DNA of 57,777 nucleotides, filler included, from Dirinaria sp. TL-2023a (lineage: Eukaryota): the NCBI GenBank assembly GCA_051941275.1. It is 3 parts of 3 records of this genome, joined end to end, with 100 filler letters (N's around TTAATTAATTAA, not from the genome) between each part and the next. Parts side by side here need not be neighbours in the genome. Positions count along the whole stretch, not along the records: positions 1 to 19,210 come from JAVEBF010000347.1; 2 more parts are not named here. One strand, written 5' to 3'. The notes under the pieces are model-generated. The model was not told the origin of the DNA. It was given only the letters and a program-made list of their open reading frames with translations, and did no database searches. Shown piece by piece: positions 1-12,620 of this stretch. A program made the position numbers and the translations under genes. Numbering within the stretch: position 1 is the first letter of the stretch; the number at the start of each line of letters is the position of its first letter.

Positions 1-16
1 GATATTGGCTGCCACT

Positions 17-60
17 GGCCGCCAAAGGCCGCTAAAGGCCACTAAAGGCCACTAAAGGCT
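17..60 (+). repeat. Short 10-bp tandem repeat (GGCCRCYAAA, about 4 copies)
   Basis: ggccgccaaa ggccgctaaa ggccactaaa ggccactaaa ggct. Confidence 0.8.
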
Positions 61-1571
61 ACGCTAACCGGACAAAGTGACGGCAGTCTCCACTTTTCCA
101 GCGATGCTGATTGGCAAAGACACAGCGCCAACAGCAGCTGGTGGGGCCATGCAGAGCTTCGATTGGCTTGTTTCATGGAGCATGGCAGGGTTTGGCTCGA
201 GCCGTCGAGCGCCGACAAATTAAGCCGGTTCGAAGACCAGCGATCCCATCCATGGTTGGCGCCGGGCACAAAGTCGAAAATATACTGTACAGAGTTACTG
301 TAATAGAACTCTGCGCCTGCAGCTGATCTCCACCGTCAGTTTCACGACAACGGAAAGCGCGTGCTGGACAGTTGAAGAGTTCTATGGAGTATTCCCGTCC
401 AGATCAGTAAAACATGGAAATGCTAGAAATCCATCCATGCACTACTACTACTGTGCTCCGTCAAGTACATACGGAGTACCTACGTCTCGCCGCCAACCTT
501 CTTTCGTCACCCATGTTCCGCTGCGGATAGTTTGTCCCGCCAAGCGAGCATTGATGCGCCGACGATAATAATAATGCTGTGAGGGTCTTTCGATAATGCG
601 TCGCTTACAACGAGCGCGAGAGCACGAGCCACCATTCGATCGACTCAATCATACCTTAAGGTGTTGATAAGGTACGGTATAGGAGCTGATCGATAACAAT
701 CAATGATAATGCTTCGCCTTTCCACAAGGTACCTAGCTAAGGTTCGTTCAGGGAAAGCATAAAGGATCCCCCAAGTCCCCCCCTCACGTAAGGCATCTAT
801 GCTGCAATCGTCAATCCTTTGTGCATACTTCATCGACGCCACCGATGAAAAGCGCGGCCTCGTGATTACCTCCCTGATACTGTAGGTGGTAATAATCTGA
901 CCTTACCTACGTTACGGTAAATAAGGTACCCAGGTACGGTGCAAACGGTGCCCCAGAACCCCAGACCCTCTCGCCTCCTCTGCTCGTGCTGCTGCTGCTA
1001 ACACGCTTCAACCTGGCCCTGCATTAGGCCCGCAGTAGGCCCAGCTCTCGACTTCCACTTTCCACCTTCACCGCCTCAAATCGCGCTGCGGTGTCTTACC
1101 CGATGCAGCCGGACTGGGGAGTTGGGGAGCACCTACGGAGGGCTACTTACTAAGGTAATGTAGTTACTACTAGGTACTGTACAGTACACTACTGCGCTCA
1201 ACGAAATTCAGCGACTCGACGGGTTGACAGAGTCAGGTAGACTGGTAGTTCCAAGAACCTGATCTGAGAGTAGTGCTGACCCCACACGATAATGTTGTCA
1301 AACCTACAGTACATGACCTTGCCTGTATGTAAGGTATCTCGATATGTAGGTAAAAGGGCCTTCAGTTCTGGATCTCGATGTTGCATGTACTGTACCTTAC
1401 CTCCAATAATATGTACCTTATGTACTACTTGACTGTTCCTCTACGAGTACACGGTTGTGGGACTGTGGGGCTGTGCGCCTTGGCATCTTCCCATCTCCCC
1501 ACAGCTTCAGTAAGGTAGTGGTACCTCCTATACCTTACCTACTACAGTACAGTACTTACTTGATCACCTCA

Positions 1572-4403
1572 TTATTCTTCTCTTCGATCCTGTAGCTCCA
1601 CGCCCGCATCGGCTTCGGTCCCGTCAAGGATGTCATATCGTGATGATGATGATAATAGTGATGATGACGCCTGAATGGGCGATAGATGATCTCGCGGGTC
1701 ACGTGTGTCAGCTTCGGCCAGGATAATCGGTCGTGCTGCCCCCAGCTTGATCCGGCCCCCAGTGCAGCTCATAACTCGGTCCGCAATCCAGATGCCCAAC
1801 CGGTTCATCATGTCCCATAATTTGGCCTGCCGCTCATCCAGTGAGGGATCGCCATGAGACGCATCGTGTGCTTCGACCTTGAATTGATATTTGAGGCAGT
1901 CCTTGACCGTCACTAGTCCTACCAAGCGGCCTCGGTACTCGACCAGGATCGACCGCGGGCCCATCTTTTTGAAGAGCTCCATCACGGTTTCCAGAGGTAG
2001 TCGTGGATGGACAGCCAACGGCGTTGGATCGATGAATCGACCAAATTCGACCGTTTGTTGACCCGAAGCAGCTTCAATGGCGTCGAACGTGACTGCCGGT
2101 GCCGCGGTGGAAGGAGTCTGAACAGCCGTCGACGCCGGCTGCGTAAACAGGCACTTGGCTCGTGGCGAGATGAAGCCCTCTTTTTTCGTCTTGGTGATCG
2201 CGTAGCGAAGCTCAGTACGTCCGATGTAGCCAATAAGGATTTTACCTCGATGGTCCTCGACGATCGGAAAACCTTGATATTTGGAGTCAGACAGAATCTT
2301 CTCCAGTGCTGTCATATTCAATCCGGTTGCTGGAAGCGAAGTCACTTCGCTTGTCATCACCTGGGATACAGGTACTCCAAAGGTGTGCTCTTCCTTGTTG
2401 TCGAGGAACGGGAATCCATTGAACCAGATCATCCGGTCTGCTATACCACCCTTTCCAAATCGGTCGCCGACAGCCTTGGTAACGCCGACAACGATCTGGT
2501 CCGAAGATGTCAGTCTTTCCTTCGGCCTAGGCCACGTGACAGAGGCTGCTTACCATCGTCGGTAGGATGTACGTTAAAGCTCCCGTTAGTTCGAACATAA
2601 TTACTACGACGGATACTGTAATGTGCATTATGCCGCTTAAAGCTGCCGCCGCACCGAGAAACGCGTATGTCCCCGGGGTGATGCATGGCACATCTGGCTC
2701 ACAGGCAGCAAAGAATTTGGCGTGAGGGAAGCTGTCACGCAGAGCTTGGACTAAGATGCCGACCATCCTACCAAACGAGGCACCAATAGCCATGGAAGGC
2801 ACAAAGATGCCTGCCGGAACCTTGCATCCGTAAGAAACGATGACTAGAAATGTTCTCATAACTGTAGCGAAAGCCAAGGATAAGGCCATGGCCCAGCGAT
2901 GCTCTTTTCTAACACCTGTTAGCAGGTTCATGCAGGCAGAGCTCGGCTGCTTACTCGCACAAGCCACTGTAATCATGACCTCCCTCACACTCGAGAAAGA
3001 GAATCTCCATGCTCTCCGTCATGTCAATCCTCAAAAACATATTGGGATAGCACAGTAATGCCGTAGCAGCCGCAAGCAGAGTTGCCTCCAGTATCGCGTA
3101 TTTTGTAAGATACTTCTTCCGAAACGCCTGAGCCCGAAGATTCCATTTTATGACAAAAGCACCATATAATCCACCGAATATGCCGATGATAATAAAAAAT
3201 ATTGTTTCAAAGAAATGCCACGACCTGTCGTAAGTGACCTCGAACATCACGAGTTGACCCGTCCAGAATGGATTCATTGCCTGCTCGAATGATCAGCATA
3301 GCTCCTTTACAGTGGATGGGCAGACTCACGGCCAGTACTGCAGTCGCCACCAGTGCACAAAAGTAACTCCGCCACATCGTTTTCAATGGGAAATAAGAAG
3401 ACATCTCCTCTAACGAAAAAAGGACTCCCCCAATCGGACTACCGAAGGCCACCGCGACTCCGGCAGCTGCGCAGGCACTGAGAATTTCGCGAGTTTTGGA
3501 TGCATCGCGCTTGTACCTGGCGAAGAATCTGGAGATAACATTGCCGGTGCAGACTGCGTAGTGGACACTAGGCCCTTCTTTGCCAACGGAAAGACCTGAC
3601 GCGATAGCCAGTGGAAGGGAAATTGACTTAATAAGCAAGGTCCAGAACCCAAGGAATCCTTTCATTACGAAACCGGCGATGATGCACTTGATCTCAGAGA
3701 TACCAGATCCAGCGGCGTATGGGGCAAAAGATTTGACGAGACTGGCGGAGGCCAAAGCAAAGAGTGTCTTAGGCATAGTCAGTCATAGAATTTTGAGATC
3801 TTCGAGACTGCTTACCGAGAATAAGAAGTATAGAAAATAGTTGACGGGCCATATTGAACTCCACCTATGCCACTCCCCACATCCTAACAACATCAGCCTA
3901 TTCTCACCATGATCTCCTCACAGCTCACCCTTCTCTGCCCCCCAGCAGCAGAAACTCTCGTTCAAATAGAACCCTGTAGTGCAGTAACCCAGCTTGATGT
4001 CTGACAACCACTCCGTGACGATATTGAGGAACCCGGCATTCAATCCAATGGTTGCACCGACCAAAGTGACTACAATCCAGGCTTGACCGGCTTCATAAGC
4101 TTCACTAAACTGCTGCCTCCAGCTCAAGCGCCCATATCTTTCAAAGAAGCTTGCGTTTTCCTTTCTCCGTGCTCTCCGCCTCAGCTGCTCTCGCGCTGCA
4201 TCCTGCACCCAGTCTATCGTCGTAAAATCCTCATATCTCTTGATTTCTTCGATTTCCTCTGTAAGCTCGTGTTCGCCTGCGGCGGCCACATTGCGGCCTA
4301 AGTCGGCGCTGGAGATGGTCGACAAGCGTCGTGAAATGTCGCGATCTGGTAAAGAAGGTCGGTGCAGCGACTGCGCGGAGAATGAGGTCGAGCGAGAGGT
4401 CAT
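1572..4403 (-). CDS. CLC-family chloride channel / Cl-/H+ antiporter (Gef1-like) with C-terminal CBS domains
   Basis: Signature motifs [13 protein letters not shown] and GIFVPSM, plus a CBS region. Exons 4403-3929, 3883-3816, 3767-3330, 3280-2955, 2908-2554 and 2495-1572 have GT-AG introns and sum to 2586 nt (861 aa). Confidence 0.95.
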
Positions 4404-4604
4404 AACATCAAGTCATTGTAGAGCTTGAGCCTTCTCGAGGCGGACTTTGGATTATCAAGACACAGCTTACACTGCAAGCCAATCGAGGCTCAGCTCATGC
4501 GCTCGGCGGCAAGTTCGCTTACTAACGCCAATCGCCTCGTTAAAGACGCGCCTGCTGTTCCCTAAGTGGTAAAGTATAATGAGGTACGCTAGTAAATAGT
4601 AGTC

Positions 4605-4610
4605 ACGCGT
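4605..4610. promoter_or_regulatory. Possible MCB (ACGCGT) cell-cycle element in the divergent promoter between the CLC and histone-fold genes
   Basis: ACGCGT at 4605-4610 and GACGCG near 4545, upstream of a replication-related gene. The motif is short and could occur by chance. Confidence 0.35.
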
Positions 4611-4874
4611 CAATAGATGGGTGGGAAGTAAAATAGCCCAAAGTATGCATCACTACCTCGACCTAACAACGCAATCGCCTAGCTAACACTGTCAAGGTCA
4701 GAATCAATTTTTACATGCTCTGCGTCTAGCACGACAATACTACTAGACCTCCAGTAATCTCAGTCGAAAGGGCATATATTATTCCCCAAAGAACCCTGGC
4801 TGCAACATCACCAAGCAGTGGCTCTTCCCGTCTACCGCAGACTATCTACACATAACCAGAGCCTTTAACGCAAC

Positions 4875-5648
4875 ATGCCCTACAACAACACGGCTATTCC
4901 ACCCCCTGAGGAGATCACAGGCTCTGCTGCACTGCCACGTGAGGAGATCCATTACGGACAGGAGACTTGCGGGCTTCGCTGATGAAAGGCCTAGTGGCAA
5001 GAGTGAAGCGGATATTACAGCTTGACGATGACATCAGCGCTTGTTCAGCCAACGGTGCCTTTGCAATTACCGTGGCTACCGTAAGCATCACATTCTGTGG
5101 TATTGGGCCCGAGCAAATCTTACAGTGCTTGGCAGGAGATGTTCATACGTTATCTTGCGGAGCAATCTCTGAATGTAGTCAAATCTGAGCGGAAACCTCG
5201 ACGAAACATTCAGTATAAGGATGTTGGTGCGTTCCCGTACATCTGCTGTGGAATTTATTCAAGCTCACAAGGAAAAGCGAATGCGGTTGCTCGCATCGAA
5301 AATCTCGAGTTCCTTGCCGATGTTGTTCCCAAGACCGTAACTTACAGAGAGTACAAGCAACAGAAAGCAGGTAGAACAGCAAGAAAACAGGAAATGCTAC
5401 AGAGTGGCCAAACAACACTTGATAATTCAAATGCTCAACAGAGGCGTCCAAATGGGATAACTGATGCAGGGAATGGGCCTCATATTGATCAGGGCCACCC
5501 AATGGAGGTGACAACAAACGGCCATAGTCAACGAGGCACGCAGCTTTCGCCGCCGCAGACGAATGGCAATAGTAAACTCGTATTCCAGCATTATCAGCCC
5601 AATGGCGACACCCACCAGGGCGAATCGCAAGATATCGAAATGCGCTGA
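4875..5648 (+). CDS. Histone-fold (CBF/NF-YC-like) protein, DNA polymerase epsilon / CHRAC subunit Dpb3/Dls1-like
   Basis: Spliced MPYNNTAIPPPEEITGSAALP|LARVKRILQLDDDISACSANGAFAITVAT|EMFIRYLAEQ...NIQYKDV|ANAVARIENLEFLADVVP. Introns 4939-4994, 5081-5135 and 5227-5277. Confidence 0.85.
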
Positions 5649-8580
5649 TAAGCCATACTTTTGTGACTCTTCTAGTGTGTTGAATGTTATCTTTAGCGAG
5701 GTGTTTAGGCCGAAAGTCATGTCAATGTATGGGCTCTATATTTTTTATGCTGCTCTTGACCGATTAACGCCTTAGGCGGGTCCGGCCCAGGGATCTCAAG
5801 TAACGTCTTCAAAATTGAAGAGAAGCTATTACATGCAAGTCACTTGTTTCTTTTAACCACTGTTTCTTCGAACTGTTTCACTGCAGAGTGCCATCATCTC
5901 TGGGCAACCGTGGCCCTAACCTCGGCGTATGTTCCAGATTGAAGACTGCTTCTGCCTTCCTATGGATGACGTGCTCAAAAGCGATTCTATGCTGGAGACG
6001 GGCTCAAGTCGCATGGCATGTACATTTGCTGAACTTTACCTCCCGTGCTCCACTTATGGCCTTGAGGCTCATTGTTTATAGGTATATACGTTTACGTCGA
6101 CGGTTTAACCCTCTTAATGACCAATGAAAATGCTTTGTTGATCTAATAAAAATCGCATGGACCTGCCTGCCTCCAAGTCTTCATCAAGGCCAATCAGACC
6201 TAACTTGAATAAGTAATGCTGTGGGTAATTTTGAGTTTGACTCCTCGAAGGCTTACTGTTAAACCCTTGGTGGTTCCACATCACTTTCTCAGTCACGTCC
6301 CTGATACGAACACTGAAGTCACTCAGCTGTCGAGAGGAATATGTTCTACTATAGCGGCTTTCTGCGGCTGCTATACCCGGTGAATCCCTCAACATATCAT
6401 AGACTGCTCTAAATATGTAATGCGTAGCTTGGTGGATAACTTGTCCTAGGACTATGTAAGGTAATGAATTGTTGGAATGAACTTCCCTTCTTTTCTGATT
6501 TGAACGTATTCTCGAGAAAGGAATGCGATCAACATCCATCCTTAGCTATGTGACTGTGGTGTTCTTGGTCCACTTCCCATTCCTTTTCATCATCTCACAA
6601 TTCAATCTCAAATCCTCTAATATAGGTGTTGTGGGCATGGAATCATGGTACTCGTGCATTCCATTGAGACATTCACTTGATTCATTCAGGATCATCGACG
6701 TTTTGGCAACACTTGCCCAGGTATTTAATTGCCGCTTCAGCCCACAGATCTCTTCTTTACTTTTCTTCTCCAGCGTTTGCCCAAGACTTCAATCTTAGTT
6801 TAACTTGCCTTCGCAGTCTGATACTGGACACAGTAGCGCTTATACATCGTACTTACAGCAATTACCAAAGATCGTTTCATGATATGCAATGACTATCAGT
6901 GCCCGCTCCCCCTGTGTGTCACCAAGCTTCCTTAAAGTTATTTAGGAACTACTCTTGAGCCTCACCTGCTCTTCTTCCGCTATCCATTCTCCACATTTGT
7001 ACTCCACGACTGGACTCTAAATTCCAGCTCTGTTGCAAATTATATACATTCTCCATCATGTCCCTTGCTACAACGCAGTTGTCGAGGCTTCTCTCACGCT
7101 TCTGACCGCTCCCACCCTTCAAAGCCTTAGAATGTCTCCTCCACTTCGAGGTTCCTCAAGCTACTCTATCTTATCTTTAGCCCTGGCTTGTACAAGATGC
7201 CTGACATACCTACGCTTTTCTGTGACACCAACTGAAGATAACAATAGCCACTTTCATAAGGGGATCATCCTCTACCTTGCCCCAGATATCCTGACCATCA
7301 AAGCATCGTGTGAACGAATTATTTTCCCCAGAATAACAGGCAAGAGGAACGATGATAGCGTTAAGAGCAGACCGATTGCGCCGCCTATGCATCGATTCTG
7401 AAGAACTTTGAACCTTTCACATAAATTGTACACATTCATCAGCAGCAGCAGATCCTCCAAGCCATCAGTGTACAACCTCGCCCTAGCAGTCACACCTTGG
7501 ATAACTCTTTGGTTTCCTTTCAGATCTATAACTGCAGAGCTCTGGCTTTGTTGATCACAGCATTGATTGCTAATGGACTAACCAAGACAATGAAATCTTA
7601 GCGAAGTTTCACTGCTCGGAAGTTCGCACGGAACAAGACATCAGCAGAGCAAAAAGCTCATAACTTAGTAGCAAACGAACTACTGAGAGGCAGGCTTGAA
7701 TGCTTATAGGCAGCATTTCGACCATTCACAAAGCTGAAGATAACGTCCCAGAAGGTGTCAAGAATTCTGTCATTGCTTTGATTTAAGATGCTTGTCAATT
7801 TAATGAAAATGGGTGCCTTCTCGCCGAGACCTGGAATATGGAACCATATTGCTTATTGTTGTCGTCGGCAATCCCAGCCCGCGCTTCTACCGATCTCCGA
7901 AAAGCAAGAATTCCAAATGGGATCCTTAAGAATGCCTTCCTTTACCAATACCTCATTCTCTTGCAAAGCCTCTATGGAAGCGCGGCTTCGAAATCTACAT
8001 ACCCACCAAGCAACATTGCTTTGCAAAGGCTTGGAACAGGCGTTCAAGGCCAGGTGTAACTAACAGACAGACGCCTCTGCTCGTCTTGCTCCTGCTACTC
8101 CTCGCTTCTCTGTTGTAAGGCGAATCCAAAGGCAATCACCCTTCCTACTTCCTTAAACTCTTGGGAAACAGAGACGCTCCGCTGGACGGACGGTAAGACC
8201 CCAAACTCCTTTCTCTCAGCCAAGATCTTTCTAACATGTGGTAGTCCCCCGAGACGAGCAAGATCACAGAAAAGAGTACCGCTGATGCGGAACAGCTTGA
8301 TCCGCAGGAACGCAAGCTACCTTAACACCGTTGCTTCGTTCCCATGGTGCTCGAAACATGGTATACAAAGACATCTCGAGGTCCAGACCAACATCTGTTG
8401 GTTTCTCACTACTTGCCGCGCCGACTGAGCGAAACATATATCGATCCACATCGAACTTTCGAAGATCAGGGATGGATTTCAAAACATTACTGAAGCCACC
8501 CGTATAGCGCTCTACACATGATATACAAAGACATCTTACACTCGACATCGTTTTCGACAAGATTTTCATCAATTACACGG

Positions 8581-11500
8581 GCAATCATGAGTGAGAAGTA
8601 CAGTGACTATCATCAAAGCTTGGAAGAGCACAAGGAAAGACTTCAGAGCCACTATACCTCTGGCAATCGACATCGTTTCCCACAAGTCCCTGATCAATCA
8701 CCCAAGATCACCATGGATGAAAGTTACACAAACTCACACGGAAGCTCGAAAGAACACAAGGTGGACTCCAGAACCCTCCTGGTGATACTCAAGGCGCTCC
8801 ACACATGCCGTACAAAGACATCTTCCGATCCAAATCAGTCTGTCAAGTCTCTACCGCTCATTTCAACATGAAGCGACATGAAGAAATATCAAGTACGACA
8901 TCCAATTCTCGACAACAATGCGACGAGATCCTGGCGACGATGTCTTCGACAGCTCAAGATGCTCAAAATCGTCGACGAAGAACACTGGCAATTGACGAAG
9001 AGGAAGAAGCAAGCGGGCAATGAAATCAGAGTCGAAGAAGAGGCTCACAAACAAGATGGAGAAAGTCGAAGAGCGGGACAATAACGATGGAAGCATGGAC
9101 ATCGATTCAACTTGGAGATGTACTGGAGCCAGCACCAAAAGGTGTCCGTGTAGAACTAATTGTTCCAGTAAGTTTTCAAGACTCGCACCGACATTCTCTA
9201 ATATATGGCAGAAGTATCGCGCAACAACCTAGCCTAGCAGAAAGCAAAGAAACGTAGCTGGACTCTAAGGAAGAAGGAATACTGGAAGGCTTTCAAGAGC
9301 CAGAAGGGTCAAAAGAAACCTGAGATGACGACTTGACGGTCCTCTGTCAGCAGCATCAATATGGAAGATCTTAATCGAGCAAAGTTTCAAGACAAGATGT
9401 GGCCGAAGAACAACAACAACTCCTCCTTCAAGCAAGGGCTTGACGACATGCTGGATTCAGCACAGAAAGCAAAAGCGTTTAGGAGTGTTCCTAAAGAACA
9501 GAATAAACAGGTACAATTCACCATCTTCCATCGTCAAACTTTGACAAGCTAACAGTTTTCAGATCGATAGATGTCGGAAAAAGGTCAAAGATCTCTCAAC
9601 CTACACAATTGACTAAATGAATTTATCATCGAAGACCCGAATCATCATGAGTAACAATTACACTTACTCACACCAAAGCTCGGAAGAGCGCAAGATAGTT
9701 TCTTGAAGCATCACTCTATGAGGTTTCTCTGAACTTCTCCCTGAGATTCCTGAATCATCTTTCTATAAGAATTCTCTAAATCATGAGAAGAACGACAACA
9801 TCAACTTCTCCAGGGGAGGAATTTGACAAAGTGCTAGATCCAGCACAGGAAAAAAAAAACACCTTTAAGAATTATTCCAAAAGAAAACAAGTAACGAGGT
9901 ACCCATTCTCACCCCCTCCCACTAACGCAATGACGAGTTGACGAGCTGACAGTTTTCAGATGGATACATACTGGACAGAATCCAAAGATCTTTTCAATTA
10001 CACAATTGTTCAATTAAATTTCGCATCAATTGCCAAAATCATCATGAATAACTATACCAAATCACACCAAAGCTCGAAAGAGCTCAAGAAAGTTTCTCTC
10101 AATTGTGACAAAAGAATCGACAACAAAAACTTCTCCAAGGGGCAATTTGACGAAGTGCTAGATCCAGCATAGGGAAAATACACTTCAAGAGTTATTTCAA
10201 AAGAAAAGAAGTAACGAGGTACGCTTTCTCACTGCTCACAATAACGCAATGACGAGCTGACGAGCTGACGGGTTTCAGATGGATAGATATTGGACAGAGC
10301 TTCAAGATCTTTTCAATTACACAATTATCTAACTGAATTTCGCCTCAATTGCCAAAATCATCATGAATAACTATACCAACTCACACCAAAGCTCGGAAGG
10401 GCGGAAGGGAGTTTCTCAGAGCATTTCTCAAGGAAATTCTCTAAACCGTGAGAAGAGCGACAACGTCAGCTTCTTCAAGAGTTTGACAACGGGCTGTATT
10501 CAGCATCGGGAAAACCCTCTTTTAAGAAATGTTTCAGAAGGAATGGAAAACGGAACCATCCTGAAAACAATGAAACTTACTCATATCAAAGCTCGAAAGA
10601 GCCCATGTTTCTCGAAACTTCTCTCTACTGATACTCTCTACATTGTGTTAGAAAAACGACAACAACAAATTCTTCAAGCGGAGTTTGACAACGGACTGAA
10701 TTCAGCGCCAGAAAAAGACCATCTTATAAACTTTTTCAAAAGAGAAGAAGTAACGAGATACTCTTTCTCACTACTCACCGTACAACAATGACGAGCTTTC
10801 AAAAGAGCTTGAAAGATCTTTCAAAACTACACAATTGTTCAACTGAATTTTGCCTCAATTACCAAAATCATCATCAATATATATACACCCACCCACATCA
10901 GAGCTCGAAAGAGCGCACATTTTCTCAGAGCATGTCTCTACGAAGATTGTCTAAACTGTGAGAAGAGCGACAACGTCAACTTCTCCAAGAAAGAAATTGA
11001 TGATGTGCTGAATTCAGCACAGAGGAGAATCCTTTGAGAAATGTTTCAAAAGCAAAAAAGACATCACGACACACTTTCTCACTGCTCTCAGTACAACAAT
11101 AACGAACTGACTGTTTCCGAACTGATGAGTATCCGACAGAGCTCAAAGATATTTCAATAACTACACTCATCCCCATCATGGCTCAAAACGACTTAAGACA
11201 GGTTCTCGAAACATCTCTTTACAAAAATTCTTTAAATCGTGACAGAGAAACGATAACAGCAACTTCTCCAAGCGGAGTTTGACGACGGGCTGTCTTCAGC
11301 ACCGAGAAAACCTCCTTTTTTCACTGCTCACAAATTTCTCATTGATGACTCCGATCATTATGAATAACAACTACAATAAATCACATGAAAACTCGCAGCA
11401 CAAGATAGCTTCGAAAACTTTCCTTTATGAGATTTCTCTAAATCGTGAGAGAAACGACAAAAACAACTTCTCCAAGCGAAATTTGATGACGTGCTGGATT

Positions 11501-12620
11501 ACAGAAGAAATCCTTCTTGAAGGTACGCTTTCTCACTGCTCACAGCAAAACGATTCGACGAACTGACTATTTTCAGATGGATGGATGTTGGAACGAGCTC
11601 CAAGATCTTCTCGAATTACACAATTATCTAACTGAATTTCGCATCACTCTGCAAGGGATATGAACATCTATTTCCAGACAGACCGAAAGACATGGCTCAC
11701 TCCACACCAAAGAAATCAGCATTCGACTTATCATGAGTAATAACTCACTTCCTTACACGGAAGCTCGGAAGAGCAAAAGGTATTTCTTCCATACTCCTTG
11801 TTGCGGAAATTTTCTAAATTGGAGTGGAAGTGGTATATGAACATCTGCTTTGAGATAGAATCGAAAGATAGACTTGACCCAGCATAAAAAGAACAAGTTC
11901 CAATCGGAAACGTCCCAGAAGGAATAGAAAAGAAAAGATACTAAAGACGTGCTGGAAACAGCTCAGAAAAAGGATCGCCTAAGAATGATCCAGAAGGAAC
12001 AGAACAGGAGGGTACGCTCTACAATTACTCATCAAAATATTACGTTGAGCTGACGATTTTTAGATCATCGATTGTTCGAGAAAGATCAAAAGTCTTTCAA
12101 ATCACTCAATTATTCAAATAAACTCCTCATCAGTAATTTAAACAATCATCAGTAACAACTTCACTCACACGAAAGCTCGAAAGAGCGTCTTCTGAATACT
12201 CCTCTCTGCGAAAACATTCTGGAATGGAAGTAGTATATGAACACCTATTTTCAAACAGAAATCGAAAGACGTTCTGAAGTCAGCATGAAAAAACCAAAAA
12301 CGGCTCAGAAGGGGTATAAAAGAAAAGACTCCAAAGACGTGCTGAAAATATCACCGAAAAAGGGGTACGCTCATGACGTGCTGTCTCCGGCACACAAATA
12401 GAAGCAGCGAAATGGGGAGGCACACTAATCTAAAGACGTGCTTAATTCAGCACAAAATAAATGATGAAACCTGCTGCAGCAGGCAAAGAAAAAGAAAGCT
12501 ACTGGTGATGTGCTGTGTCCGGCACAAAAAAAGAACCGATCGAAAATGTTTGAAAAAGAAAAAAAATTCCTTATTATCCATCATCAAACTATGACGAGTT
12601 GACGGTTTCCAGATGGGTCG
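8581..12620 (+). pseudogene. Decayed tandem array of ~300-400 bp exon+intron modules (family A)
   Basis: About 10 diverged copies of ATCATGARTAAC..CACCAAAGCTCGRAAGAGC and TTGACGA.GTGCT.GAT.CAGCA. Intron-like GTAC...CTRAC...TTTYAG segments lie at 9511-9562, 9899-9959, 10219-10278, 11523-11576 and 12012-12063. Many stops and frameshifts. Confidence 0.7.

Noticed and set aside
1245..1290. GAACCTGATCTG resembling part of a TPP riboswitch
   Set aside because: Lacks the upstream CTGAGA and downstream TAAT..CAGCG elements in the right order, and no thiamine gene is nearby.
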